Below, piece after piece: positions 25,908 to 38,400 of a stretch of 64,000 nucleotides of DNA. The stretch comes from Spirogloea muscicola (taxonomy: Eukaryota), in the NCBI GenBank assembly GCA_009602725.1, contig WELB01000023.1:127027-191026 (forward strand). Reading direction: 5' to 3'. The position numbers were made by a program, and so were the translations under genes. Below the pieces are notes generated by a model. It was not told the origin of the DNA. It saw only the letters and a list, made by a program, of their open reading frames with translations, and searched no databases. How positions within the stretch are numbered: the stretch's first letter is position 1; each line of letters starts with the position of its first letter.

Positions 25908-28900
25908 TCAGTGTTTCTCTGAACGAATTATGATCCAAGAGCTAATGATATAGGCCACGGGCAAGACGAGAAGGAAGACCAGGTCAAGTCTGTAGGTGGC
26001 CCTTGAGGCCTCCTCCATGTTGCGCCAGCTGCGCCACCGCGACCAACTAAGTGACCTGCTGATCGCCCCCTGCACGATGCGCACTGGCGCCAAGGACGCC
26101 GTTTTTGCCAGCGTGTGCACCAGCGACCTTCGCCGGAGTGGAGGCTTGGCATGGCACTTGACTTTGCCATAAGGAGGATTGGGTTGTGCTCCTTCGCCGG
26201 CTGCCAACGAGTCAACTGCACCTTGCTCCTGCTTTGAATCGGTAAAATCATCTGTAGCCACTTCCTGACAGCTCTCCTTACTTGCTCTGCTTGAGCTGTC
26301 GGAGCCAAGCCCGTTGAGTGCTGCAAGGCTTGGGCCGCTGAGAACCGCCCGGTCTTCCTCGTCCACCTTATTTGCCCTCGCCCGGACATACTGTCATCAA
26401 AAGTAAAAGAAAGGGTAATACTTAAGCCGCAGGGGTTCAGATCCTGCCAGCTTGTGCAAAGACAGGTCAAATTGCCAAAGCAGATGCACTTTTGTGCCCT
26501 CATGAGATAATTCGCGACTTTCATGGGCACTTCGTCTTGGCTGGAGCAATGATCCAGACAAAGAAGATCAATACGTAGGGACAGTAAGTATCTTGTAGTA
26601 AATATGTGCTACGCATACCACATGTCTGCAAGTGAAAAGGGGGCATCACCTTGTTCCACAGGGCAAAGACGAGCACACTCTCGCAAGTCCCCACTGAGAT
26701 GGCAACATAACCTGCACACCAGCGAGCCACTGTGGCTCAAGCTTTGGCAGGCAGGCAATGGATGTAAGTGCTGGGCTTCTACTATGTAGCTCCAATACCG
26801 AAGTAATTTGGCAAACATCATCATTTGAGCCAAAGCAGGTCAATGGAGTTCTTTAGTGGCAGGGAATCAAAGTTCAAATGTAGAGTTGTTGAGTGAGCAA
26901 GTTGATAACAACAAATAGCACGAGGAGGTAGCACACTAGCCATACTTATCAAAATAAGAACATGCAAAGTCGTGAGATACGATGAGCTCGGCAGCTGCAA
27001 TTGGCAGAAGCAGTGAGGGTCAGGAACATGGGTTGCAATAGGACTGGCATGCAAATGCAAGGACCATAGCCACCTAGCAACGGAGCAGCTCAGCCAGGCG
27101 CAATCACAAACAATACTCTTCCCGGTGTCCTGGCTATGAAGCAAGGCATCAATTAAAGCTGGAGAGAAAAGGTGTACCTGCCCATCAATGACAAACTGGA
27201 GAGCAGTGAGGGCTAAGAAGAATGTAACCGAAGTCCCTAGGCGAGCTGCGAGCTCCTCGGGATGGATGCAAAAGGTGATCCACGATAGCATGGTGGTCAG
27301 AAAGAGGGGGAAGAGCATCTGCAGCACGGACACAGCCGTCGAACACAGTCGTTACGCAGCATATTCAAGGATTGTGGCTGTTGGTATGGCCATCACAAAG
27401 GCCAAAATATGACCATCTGCTAGCCATCCTCTGTCCCCCCCCCTTCCGAGCACCCTGCTAAGGCCACTTGCACCAGCGCTCGGTATGTATGGACGTAGCC
27501 TAAGCTTTTATTACTGCAACCATCACTGTGTCATCAGGGTCAGGAATATCTTACACTCCAGAAGTAGTATGTCGAAAGTCGCTCAACCTGCCATGTGTTC
27601 CAAGAAGTTGCATATCATTCAGCTTGGCAAAGTCTTCGAATCACTCCCGGATTGCAAGTCCGACAGAGTTTCTGCTGACAGCATCTCTACTCTCAGCATT
27701 GTAACTGGCCAGCGTTGTGAAGCATCCTCACTTGAATCTCAAGGATTAGAACATCGTGTGAAAATTGTACTCCTGGTTGACTTGCATTCCCGGGACCATA
27801 AGGGTATGGGTCAGCTGCAAGATAAGTGATTTTGCAATCAGAGCTAATGCTCATCACCATCCCCAAGCTTTTCACAGCTGAGACATATACGCTGGCCGTG
27901 AGTGAACATCGTGGTCTGCCAGCAGTAGCCCTGTGTGTCGTCGGTAACAAGGACCGCATAGCACAGTACTCAACAAAGCATCGCAAGGAGGCCACAATCT
28001 TCCTCAGAATGTAACTGTGAACTACCTGGATTGGGCTTGGTCGCAAACTTGGTGAATAATTGGTCGTCCAGACTTTCCAATGTAAATCTGAGCGCCTTGA
28101 CGGACCACCCGCTGAGCTCATCATAGTGTCGCGTCCACTCTGTGGCATTGCTGTGGGAAAGCCCAAACCTGGTGGCAGTGGAGCTCCCATGCAGCGACCC
28201 CACCGGCAGGACGTCCAGCGTCAAATATACAATGAGGCTCTGCAAAAACAATCGGCAGGTTGTAGATGGACAAAGCCTCCAAATTTACTTAAAGGTTGTC
28301 TGCCCGAATGACCTTGGGCTTCCATGTTGACTCTAGATCTTACAGACTGCAGCACATTAAGCTTGACAAGCAAGCATCCATTGTTGTAACACCAATGCTC
28401 CCACCTGCTTGTCAAAAGGAAAAGCTTTGAAAGAGTAATCCGTGTAGAAGACACCTGTCACAAAGCTCGACTCTGCTCATTGAGAACTGAAGCACAGGCC
28501 CTAACATGCCCATTATTCTAAGACAGCATTGAAGGCTCCACATGCCAGCAATAGCAGACTTTGCTAAAAACAGAAATCTAGCATCCATAGAATCGTGGCA
28601 CCTGCCAAATGCCAGCACTACAACACTTCTAGCTCCGAGCGCAAAGATAAGTACCATGAATCCTCTTCTCCCAGGACAAAGAATTATTGCTGCGACCACC
28701 AAGGCTGATCGCCTCTGCATGTCAATCACAAGAACATGACTTCATCACAGCATGTCATCTTGGACAAGAACGTAGTTAATCCAAGAATTTAAAGATTGAA
28801 GCCTGTAATGTTTGTGTCCTTCTGAGCAGGTAGGAATTGAGAATTTCGGCTTATATTGCGCTGAGATTGACAGCAAAGCATCGACCTGCCACCCCTGCCA

Positions 28901-30272
28901 CACCTGCCTACAAGTCCAAAGAAGGTGGAGCAGAGCAAAAGCAGAGCACTGTGAGGGTGCTCAGCCTGCCTAAGACAAAGTGAAGTAGTAACCTGTTTCC
29001 ACGCGGCCCTGTGGCAGCTCAATTATGTTGCGAATGCTCGCTCCAGGAAGCCACACGCTGTCGCAGCAAGGTGCAAAGTCCTGTGCACAGAGCCTTGCGC
29101 AAGCTTTCCCTCCAGCTTCCACTTCAGCAGTTCTGCGAGAAATCTCTGCTGGTGCTGGCAATGCTCAAACAATAAACAAAGTCAGCCCGTTATTGACCTG
29201 GCTGCCCTGCATTCGAAAGGTGGTGGACTGGGACTGTAAGTTGCTAAGCATATGCAGCAGCTCGACGGTCCACGGCAAACACCTACATACTGTGCTGCAC
29301 TGGCGACTCCTAGCAGACACGCCAGCCAAGCCGGCATCCAGCACAACAGAAGGGTACTAGTGCTGCACAGCAGCCCGAGCATCCAGGAGGACAGGCCAGA
29401 CAACTATGCATGTGCGACCTGGGGACTTCAAATATCAAGGCTTCCTAAGGGAGGCTACTGATGAACGGTACACCAACCTCGTGGATCGGACCACGAGAGC
29501 ACCATGAAGAAGATGGCCTCGAAGCTGTAGCTCACATCTGCCAGTCAGCAAGCAAGTGACCTCCTTGGAAGCGTGAGAAGAAGCATGAGATGAAGGGTTT
29601 CTCTGTCCACAAATTTTCACTCAATTGCCAGCTATTAGTGTCCTCCTCATGCAAGGTCTGCCACGACTCTCAGGAGAAGACGCACGTCCCGGCACAGCTG
29701 GAGTCTCGGGGCCGGCACAAAGGACCCCTGGCATCCGTCGATCGAGCTGCATTTGGCCGGCTGCTAGCAATCTTGACAAAAGGCTGTCCATTGGACTCGG
29801 GACCCTCTACTACCCCATACACGTCCAAGGCCCCCCCGCTAGAACAACGATGACCAGAATTGGCGCAGTGACGGGCTTGACTCCAAGCTCGCTGATACGC
29901 TCGGAAAGTGGGGACGATGCCAAGAGCGCACCGTTGACGTGGAGCAAGCGCTCGAGGAAGACGCTGACAAAGACGGGGTGCGACTGCGTGCCAGCCGGCG
30001 GCTTGCCCTGCCCCGCAAAGGGCTGCAGCATCTGCGCGTCGGCACGGCGTCCCAGCAGCAGCAGCAGCAAAGGCAGCAGCGCGGCCAGCAGCGACAGCCG
30101 CAGCAGCGGGGCGCCGCCCGCCGCCCGTCGTCGACGCCGCGGCGGCCCTGTGCGCTCCGGCGGCCAAGGCCTCAAGAGCTCCGGCTCGCCGAGGAGGACG
30201 CCGCCGCCCCGACCCNCTCGGCGCCGCCGCCGCCGCCGCCGACGCGCCCGCCGCCGGAGGCCGCGGCGGCAT
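25908..30272 (-). CDS. Pentameric ligand-gated ion channel (Cys-less / Pro-loop type), multi-exon
   Basis: Signal peptide LLRLSLLAALLPLLLLLLG; PVFVSVFLERL; SWSDPR (about 29479-29537); CCDSVWLP; KAFPFDKQ (28405-28454); M1 FPLFLTTMLSWITF, M2 RLGTSVTFFLALTALQFV, LPSSSY-M3, M4 RLDLVFLLVLPVAY. Confidence 0.88.
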
Positions 30273-30528
30273 TTGCGGCAACTCGCGTGCGGGGAGAAAG
30301 AGGCAGTCGGCGTCGTTGGCGTTCTGCTCGACGGAACGCATTCTTCGTCGTAACCGTTTGACGCAGCGTCTAACCGTCTGAGGACGTACCAATGCCCATC
30401 ATTCTTTTCCCGCTGGAGAGCGGCCCTTGATGAAGGCGTCGGAATCCTAAAACCCTCCCCGAGTTCTGAACCCCACTTTCACCAGCAGTCCACCAAGTGG
30501 TCCGCGTGCGCAGAGGGCGCCGGGCGCC

Positions 30529-31254
30529 ATGGCGCCGGCAAGCCGGAAGCGGGTGGAGCGGCTCGGAGGCCCTGCGGCAGGTGATGCGCGGCGGGGCCTG
30601 GCAGAGGCGGCGAGCGGGGCGGGCAGAGGGACGGCGCGGCCGAGCCGAGGCGAGGAGGAGCCTGGGAAGGCTGCGGGCAGCGTGGGCAAGAAGCTGCGGC
30701 TGGCCGGCAAGAGAGGAGTGAACGGGAAGCGGGCCTCCAGAGATGGGGCGAGGAGGACGGCGGTGGTGGCGACGGCGACGACGACAGCGACGACGGCGGA
30801 GCCCGGTGCTGCCGGAGCGGCAGAGGCAGAGGGAGCCGTCCCCAGCACCGGACCGGCCGCCGGCGTGGCTGCTTCTGGCGGACGTGGTGGCGGCGGCGGC
30901 GACATCGACAGCATCTTCGAGCTCGCGAAGAGGAGACGCAGCAGCAACGGCACAACGGCGAGTACGTCGGGGCCGCCCCCAACTGCAAGCGAGGGACGAG
31001 AGAGCCCACTAGGGAGGCTGGGCGAGAAGGCGAAGCCGTCAAGCGGCAAATCACCGACCGCCAGCAGAAGGGCGGCGTCCAAACGCGCGCATGAGCAGGG
31101 GCCGCCGTCTGGAGATGGTGCTGGTAACGCCGGGCGGCGGCGGACTGCCGACGGCCTGCCTATATATTGGGAGGAGGAGCTCCAGTTGGGCAGCCGAGCG
31201 GCGGACGCTGGCGGGACTGAGCTCTGCCCCTTCGACTGCAAGTGCTGCTACTGA
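30529..31254 (+). CDS. DUF1764-family protein, intronless
   Basis: DIDSIF motif and C-terminal RRRTADGLPIY.EEEL…GGTELCPFDCKCCY*. Confidence 0.88.
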   Translation: MAPASRKRVERLGGPAAGDARRGLAEAASGAGRGTARPSRGEEEPGKAAGSVGKKLRLAGKRGVNGKRASRDGARRTAVVATATTTATTAEPGAAGAAEAEGAVPSTGPAAGVAASGGRGGGGGDIDSIFELAKRRRSSNGTTASTSGPPPTASEGRESPLGRLGEKAKPSSGKSPTASRRAASKRAHEQGPPSGDGAGNAGRRRTADGLPIYWEEELQLGSRAADAGGTELCPFDCKCCY

Positions 31255-32743
31255 GCTGCTACTGACGGACCGGCCGTCGCCGCCGTTCCAGTTGGAAGGA
31301 GAACGTGCCACTCAGTGGCAGGCCCTACCTCTTGGTGCGTACCAGTAACACACCACTTGGTGTTGGGCCGAATGTTGCTCCAGTATCTTTGTCTCTCTCT
31401 TGACCTGTTGGCCACCACTGCAAGCCCATGCGCTAGCTGAAGCTCTAGCCAGATCTGCCCCTTCCCTGGTTGATCAAACAGGCACACAGGCCAGAGCACT
31501 CAAAGAGGAAGTTTTCAACCCCATCATTTGGCGGCGTTGTTTTGGAGGCTGTGTTAGCGACTTCATCATGCACATCGGTGGAGCGAGGAGAAGGGCGTCC
31601 AGCGATTTACACTGTGAGCTGATTATGACGTTTCAGCATGAGATTGCTTGTCCGGTGTCCTCAACTTGGCGAAGCTCTGCTGCCAAAAGCAATGGCCTCT
31701 AGAGTCTGGCACCCGTTGGCTTTTGCCATGAGGTGGCATCATAAGTTCCTATAGCATGCAAAGGCAAAACAATGTCTCTTCTGCACCTTGTGGAGCACAA
31801 TGTTGAGAAGTGGATAAGCGAGCCACCAGCTGCTGCTGTGAACTGGACCTCACAGACTCCATCTTGAGTGCAGGTCGCCGGTACGCAGAGGGCTGGAGTG
31901 CGTGGTCAGCCAGCATACTTAGACAATTTCAGATTAAAAAGCTGCGCATGATCCTTGGTTGGGCTAGTCTTTCTGATCTGATGTTACTTGTCTGCATGAT
32001 GCCCCCTCCAGCAGATTGTCCAGCATGTTTAGGCAGAACCTAGCGGCCAAGATTCAGCCTTCCCTGCCTTGATTGCACTGAGGTACTAGAGAAGGGCCCA
32101 GGCTTGCAGCTTCTGCTGCAGCTCAGATGTCGAGCAGCTGTATGGGACAGGCTGTTTTTGCAGCGCATGTACTGGGAAAACTTTTTTCCGAGTGTCTTCA
32201 CTCGATATGAAATGACACTCTGATTTGGCAGTATGTTGTTGCACACTGTACCTCAATGCTCTCCAGCTGTCGCCTTTAGCCTTTAGCTGCGAGTGCTATT
32301 TGAGGTGATTTCTTTGGCAAATTGCAAATCAGCAAAGACAGGCAAATCTCTGTGAAGTGAGGTTCACTTGACTGCAAGAACACGAGATGAAGTACACAAC
32401 TGGACCATGTTCCTTTTGGTGCAGCCTTTGAGCAACATTGTACTCCTGGAGGCTCATCATCTTCCTTGCTTGCAGGTATTCCGTACGCTGAGGTGGCTGC
32501 TATAATATTCAGAGTGGCCATTGGTAGCCCGTGATTGGCCATCGGTGAAAAACGCATGCGTGGTAGCATGCAAGTCAACATATCAATTGGGAATGTCAAA
32601 ATTTTCTGTGAGAGTAGCAAGCTTGTAACAGTGACAGTCGTAAGACAGACTGCTTGCTGGAACCACCCAGCAGCAGGGGCAGCCAGAGCAAGGGCGGTCG
32701 CCTTGCTTGGCATGCAGCTACAGTGAAGGAGTCGGGAGGCACT

Positions 32744-33758
32744 TCAATCCGTCGATGCTGAGCGGAAAATCCCAAAGGCTGTGAATGCCCCTGCTGCACC
32801 GACCAGGGCAAGCGCCAGGGGCGGGAGGGGCGTAGGCACTCCCAGGCTCTGCAATGCGCGCGATAGTCCCAAGATGCTTTACCAGTCAGCTGTGGAAGCT
32901 AGATAGCTGGTATCAGATTTTGGGTGGCTACATTGCAGAGCCTAATGCCCAACTAGCTTTGACACAGAGGCAGAACCAAGCGGAAGTGCTGGAGTGTGAG
33001 TGTGCAGCCCGCTTACCTCCAGGACGCCCTTGCCGGAGACGATCTCAACGCCAAGTGCACCCACGAAACCAAGCATGGCAGCCCGGCCAAGCCAGACATT
33101 GAGGCCGCCACCGCCACCACCATCAGCAGCGACCTCGCCCGCCTGCTCGTCCACCATGGCTCTGACGCCAGCTGTATGCCTCAGGGGCGCGGCTTTGTTG
33201 GACGATGATCGGCGCAATGGCCTCAGGGTGCCTGCGCCTGGCAGCCCGCTCCCGCACCAGTCAGAGCCTGGCTGCCGCTCACCCGATCCAGCACAACCCA
33301 TCTAAATGCATCGTCGCAAGAAGCCCGCATTCCTCCGGCCGCCGCCGTCGCCACCGCTGCCGCGCGCCGCCGCCGCACGGCCTGCAGAGCACGCCGGCAG
33401 GCCTTGCATTGCAAGGTCCTGCCGACTAGGCGACATCCAGTCGGCGACCACAGGCGGCAGCCCAGTGGTGGACGGCCCTATCGCTGTGCACCTAACGGAG
33501 GAGCATAGCAGGGGTTTTGCATTGGACCTCCAAGCGTGACGCGCCGTCCGCAGCCACCGCCGCCGCCGCCGCTCCGGCAGCGCGCGCCGAGCTGCGCTGC
33601 TGGCGAGACACGGCAGCAGCTGCACGTCAGGGGGGCCCCGCCGACTAGAGGAGGGCGCGCGGGAAGCTCGCGCAAGGGCGCGACGGTGGTCGACGCTGAC
33701 CCTGTCCGCAGGAGGCCGGCGCCGCAGTGGCGGCGGCGGCGGCGGCGGCTGCGGCCAT
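32744..33758 (-). CDS. SEP1: Stress-enhanced protein 1 (two-helix LHC-like)
   Basis: LNVWLGRAAMLGFVGALGVEIVSGKGVLE spliced (donor 33016, acceptor 32849) to SLGVPTPLPPLALALVGAAGAFTAFGIFRSASTD*; 5' exon uncertain. Confidence 0.85.
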
Positions 33759-33904
33759 GGCGGCGACTGGCCGGGGTGAGTTGCGGGGGAAAGCGGCTCC
33801 TGATATGAAAGAAAGATGCGGGGACAGCGCGGGCGCGACAGACGGGCGAGAAGTAGCACTCGTTGCCGCCGCTAAATGAAGCCAAGCCAGCCCGTATCAA
33901 GTAT

Positions 33905-35320
33905 GGCCAAGGTCCGAAGGGCCGAAAGGCGCTAAACCCACACCCCCATGCAAGTGGCTACAACAAAGAGGCGCTTACCAACTAACCCCTTGTCAGCAGC
34001 CGCTCCTTCTGTACATACCCCCCGCCGGGGCGCGGCAGGAAGGAGGAGGGCTCGCCCATTGAGGATAGGGGCTGGAAGAAGAAGGGCTCTCCCATTGAGG
34101 ATAGGGGCTGGAAAAGCCAGCCCAAAAAAGAATGAACAGGAAGTGTCGCCGCTCCGTCGACCCCCACCAGTCCACACGCGCGCAGGACGCGCTCTGGCCG
34201 CCGCCTCCGGGTCTCGGCGGAGCGCCTCCTTCCCCGCATCGAGCTATTCTGACCTGCTGTTGCTCACTCGTGGGTATTGAGCTTCCCTAGTGTGATGTTG
34301 TGTTTGGTAGAGTAGTCCTTCTTTGGCATCTCTTTCTTTGGCTTTGGACATTGTCCATTCTTTTTGGGCTGGCTTGCCAGCCCCTCTTCTCTATGGGCGA
34401 GCCCTTTCTTTCTTCCCACCAGCGCTCAGTGGCGCCTCCCTTGAACCTTGACCATTGTTTCTGGGTTGGCCCCCGCCCCCTTTGGCAGCCCCTCTTTTCT
34501 ATGGCGCTTCTTTATGGGCGAGCAATTTGTCTTTGGGCTCACTTCTCATTTTACCTTGTGAGCTGGCCACAGCCACTGCCACTGCCACCCTGGCCGTGGA
34601 TGTGCACGGGGCCCTCGGGATCCAGTTGCTCGACCTGCTGGCCAGGCTTGCACGACGCTGTGTCCCGCAGGCGAGGTGAGCCGGCTGACTAATACGCCGC
34701 TGGCTCGTGGGCCCAGGTTTATCGCATGCCGCTTTCAATGTCCCTCCAGCGGTCCATGGCCCACGCCTTGCATCTGCGTGCTGGCCGTGCTCTCGCTGCA
34801 GCCTCTGGCTTTCGTCAGGGGGATAGTTTTCCGGCAGCTAGTCAGTCGGATTTGAGGCTCCTCACTCGTAGCTACTGAGTGGTCCATCCTCCACCCGTTC
34901 TGACATAGCATCTTCAGGCCCCTCCGTCATTGTGGCCCCTTCGACCCTTTTGTCCATTCTTTTCGGGCTGGCTTCTCACAGCCCTTGCCCCCATTGGAAG
35001 AGCCACTTCTTCACTGCCACTGCCTCGTATTGAAAAAGCTGCATCTTTTGCAGGCAGCAGGGCCTGGCCCCCTCGCGACCGCCACGTGGCGCGTGCGGCC
35101 CCTGCCGCCCCTGCTGACTCGTGGTTACTTAGCAGGGTCAGCTTAGCAGCAGGCGATGTACATCTGTCAATGCGCTTGCCTTCGTACTTGGCCACTCAGG
35201 CCACTTGGCCTCTTGAGTCGCTGTGTGCTCTAACGCTTTCATGGCCCCTTCGGACTCAACTCGTTCTTATTACTGGGGTTGGCCAACCACAGCTTATCGC
35301 CCTCTACTGGGAAGAGTCCT
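33905..35320. mobile_element. Large cluster of nested RLE retrotransposon 3' fragments
   Basis: Minus tails at 34040-34140; plus RAGRALAAASGSRRSASFPASSYSDLLLLTRGY* ending 34280; RLE remnant LAVDVHGALG…QRSMAHALHLRAGRALAAASGFRQGDSFPAASQSDLRLLTRSY* ending 34878; further UTR pieces to about 35320. Confidence 0.85.
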
Positions 35321-35423
35321 TCTATCACTCAGGCCCTCCATCATCAATACACACCGTTTGCCGCCCCCTCTCCCAGCCGCTGGGCCGCCAAGGCCGCGGC
35401 GCCGCTGCTGCCCGCCGCTCGCC

Positions 35424-38400
35424 ATGACCCGCGCCGGCGCCGCCGCCNCGCCGCGCCTCCAGCCGGTACTGCCCGCGATCGCGCCGGCCCGTCGTGCCGG
35501 CCGCTCCAAATCGCAGGCCTTTGCGGCGCCGCCCGCTTGAGCCTAGCGTGGCGATCGAGCCAGCTGACGTCCGGATCGCTCGCCGCCGCAGGTGGCGCCG
35601 GGGCAAGCTCGCGCGGGACCAGGCTCGCGGCCGGGCGCGAGCTTCGGCGGGGACCGCCACGGCCGCTCCTGGCAGCACTACGCCGCTGCGCCGATCGCAC
35701 TCGGCCTCGCTGCCAGGCGCGGCCCCGCTCGATAGTGGCTTTCGCCGCAGCAGCTTGCTGCGGGCAGCTCCAGCCGAGCACGCGCAGCAGTGGCCTGCGC
35801 CTGACAATGCTGCATGACGGCCATTCTGAGCAAGCTCACCTTCATCTTCTCCTGCAGTGGCTATGGGAGCCTCTCCGTGGCGCTCGCCGACGCGCCGCCG
35901 AAGCTGCCGCCTCCCCCTGGTATCGTCGACCCGGAGGACTCGTCTGAGTTCGAGCAGGTCCGCAAAGAGGCGGATCCCGCCGCTGCAGCAGCTGCCGCTC
36001 CCCGCAAGAAGCGCATGATCATCCTGGGCTCTGGATGGGGCGCCATTTCGGTCCTCAAGACCATCAATTCCGACCTGTACGACATCACCATTATCTCGCC
36101 CAGGAACTACTTCGTCTTCACGCCCCTTCTTCCCAGTGTGACCAACGGCACAGTGGAAGCTCGGAGCATCGCGGAGCCAGTGCGCCGCATGCTCTGGAGT
36201 GTAAGCAAGAACGTTTGACCTGTAGCTCCGAGCAGCATGTTGCCTGCACAGCTCAGCCGCTGCTGTCAAAGCGCATTGGCTTATTGAAGTATCTGCCTGG
36301 TGCTCACAACAATGAGACAGATGCAAGGTGCTGCCAAGAAGCTCTCTTGGGTGACGTGTTTGTACAGGAAATCGGCATTTCTGAGCAAGTTATACCAAGC
36401 TTGCCATTACAAGGGGTGCTGTCCCTGTCAGGGTCCAGCCCTTGGCCAGCCCTTGGCAGTCACAGGCTCGTCATGGAGTTCTGGGGAAAACACTCACCTG
36501 ACTGGCATCTGACTGCCCATGACGTACATTTACATCCCATGTGCATCCCATGTGCAGAGGAGAAAGAGAGCACTGTACCTTGAGACGGAATGCTGCGATA
36601 TTGATCCTCACAGCAAGATTGTCCGAGTGAAGGACGTCTCTCTGACCAAGGTCCCAGGGATGGAGGAGTTTGACCTGGAGTACGACTACCTGGTTGTTGC
36701 AGTTGGTGCTCAAGTCAACACATTCAATACACCTGGCGTCAAAGAGTACTGTCACTTTCTGAAGGTACAGACAGGCAAGACGGTATCTCAGACTCATCAT
36801 TATTGTCAGAGCGGCTTGTTATGGATATTGGTAAGTGCTTTACAGTGACTATATGCAGCATTTCTGACTCTGCAGGAAGTGGAAGATGCTACTGAGATTA
36901 GGGAACATGTGATAGATTTGTTCGAGTCTGCCAGCAAGCCAATGCTGAGCATAGAGGAGAAAAGAAAGATGCTGCATTTTGTGGTTGTGGGTGGAGGCCC
37001 TACTGGCGTGGAGTTTGCAGCTGAGCTTCATGACTTTGTCAAAGAGGATGTTGTGAAGCTGTACCCAGGCTTGACCGAACTGGCCAGCATCACACTGGTT
37101 CAGTCTGGGGACCATATTCTGAACATGTAAGGCTGCAACCAGAACAGTCTATTGATGTACTCACAAGCTACTGCTTCTTTTGCTTTGTGCTTGCTAGGCT
37201 TAGCATGCAGTGGTATCTGAGTTTCTGAGCATGTTATGACAAGGAACCGCAGTATGTCTACACATGGCTACAGCTATACCTCTATTGTGATTTACACGAA
37301 CATCACTTCACCTGCATTAATGGACGCAGTGTTCTTGGGACATCTCTCTGTATGGCCACAGGTTTGACAAGAAAATTACAGAGTTTGCTGAGAAAAAGTT
37401 CAATCGTGACAAGGTTGACGTGAAAACAAATGCGCGTGTCATCGCTGTTACTGATAAGGACATTACAATCAAATCCAAGGATGGAGGCAAAGTGTACAGC
37501 ATGGACTATGGGTTGATTGTCTGGTCAACGGGCATTGGCACTCGACCAGTTGTGGCGCACTTTATGGAGAAGATTGGCCAGGTGCAGTCGATTCTGATAT
37601 TAGCTGCAGATGCTGCTTCACTTATGCAGAAAAAGCCCAATGTATGTTTGCTTCTCCATCAGTACTGGATCTGTCAGCAGATTGCAAGCCCCTCTTAGTC
37701 CTCAATCATACTGCCACTGCAGAAGGACAGGCGTGCCCTGGCAACAGACGAGTGGCTGAGAGTGAAGGGCACTTGGGATATCTGGGCACTCGGGGATTGT
37801 GCAACTATAGAGCACAGAAAAATGCAGGTATGCAACTGTCTCCATTCTGCTCTCGACTCCTCAGTTTTCGTGCTGCAGCTTACTGACTAACACTTGCCAA
37901 AGCTTCGTAAGGGGTCAAGGATACATATGTTCCTTCATATTTATATGTATGATATCATAGATCCATTGCTTTTCAGTGATATTGAAAGAGGAGAATGTAT
38001 ACCAGCTGCCTGACATGTGCTGTGTCTACTGTACAGGAAGATATAAATGTCCTCTTCAAACGAGCAGACAAGAATGGCGATGGCAAGCTTACCCGTGATG
38101 AGCTGAAGACAATTCTGGAGGAAGTCAAGGGCCGTTACCCACAGATTGCAATCCACTTGAAACGAAGACAGATTCGCAATCTCATTGGGGTAAGTTGGTC
38201 ATTGTCAAATTATGGTGTGAAGTTCAGGTCTAGGGTTTGGGGCTAGCGTTTAGGATTAGGAGTTAGGGTTAAATTAAAGGGTTTAAGGTTTAGGGTTCAC
38301 ATTCTTTTGATGTCATTAGGTCACTCACTCAGAGTACTTGCTCAAGCATGGCAGGACATGGAAGACGGAGACAAGGGTCTTGGGCAGGACAAGCAAGTTG

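Noticed and set aside
30447..31241. Long antisense ORFs over GC-rich first exons (also at 7094, 35325, 58418)
   Set aside because: Expected shadow ORFs of stop-poor GC-rich coding sequence
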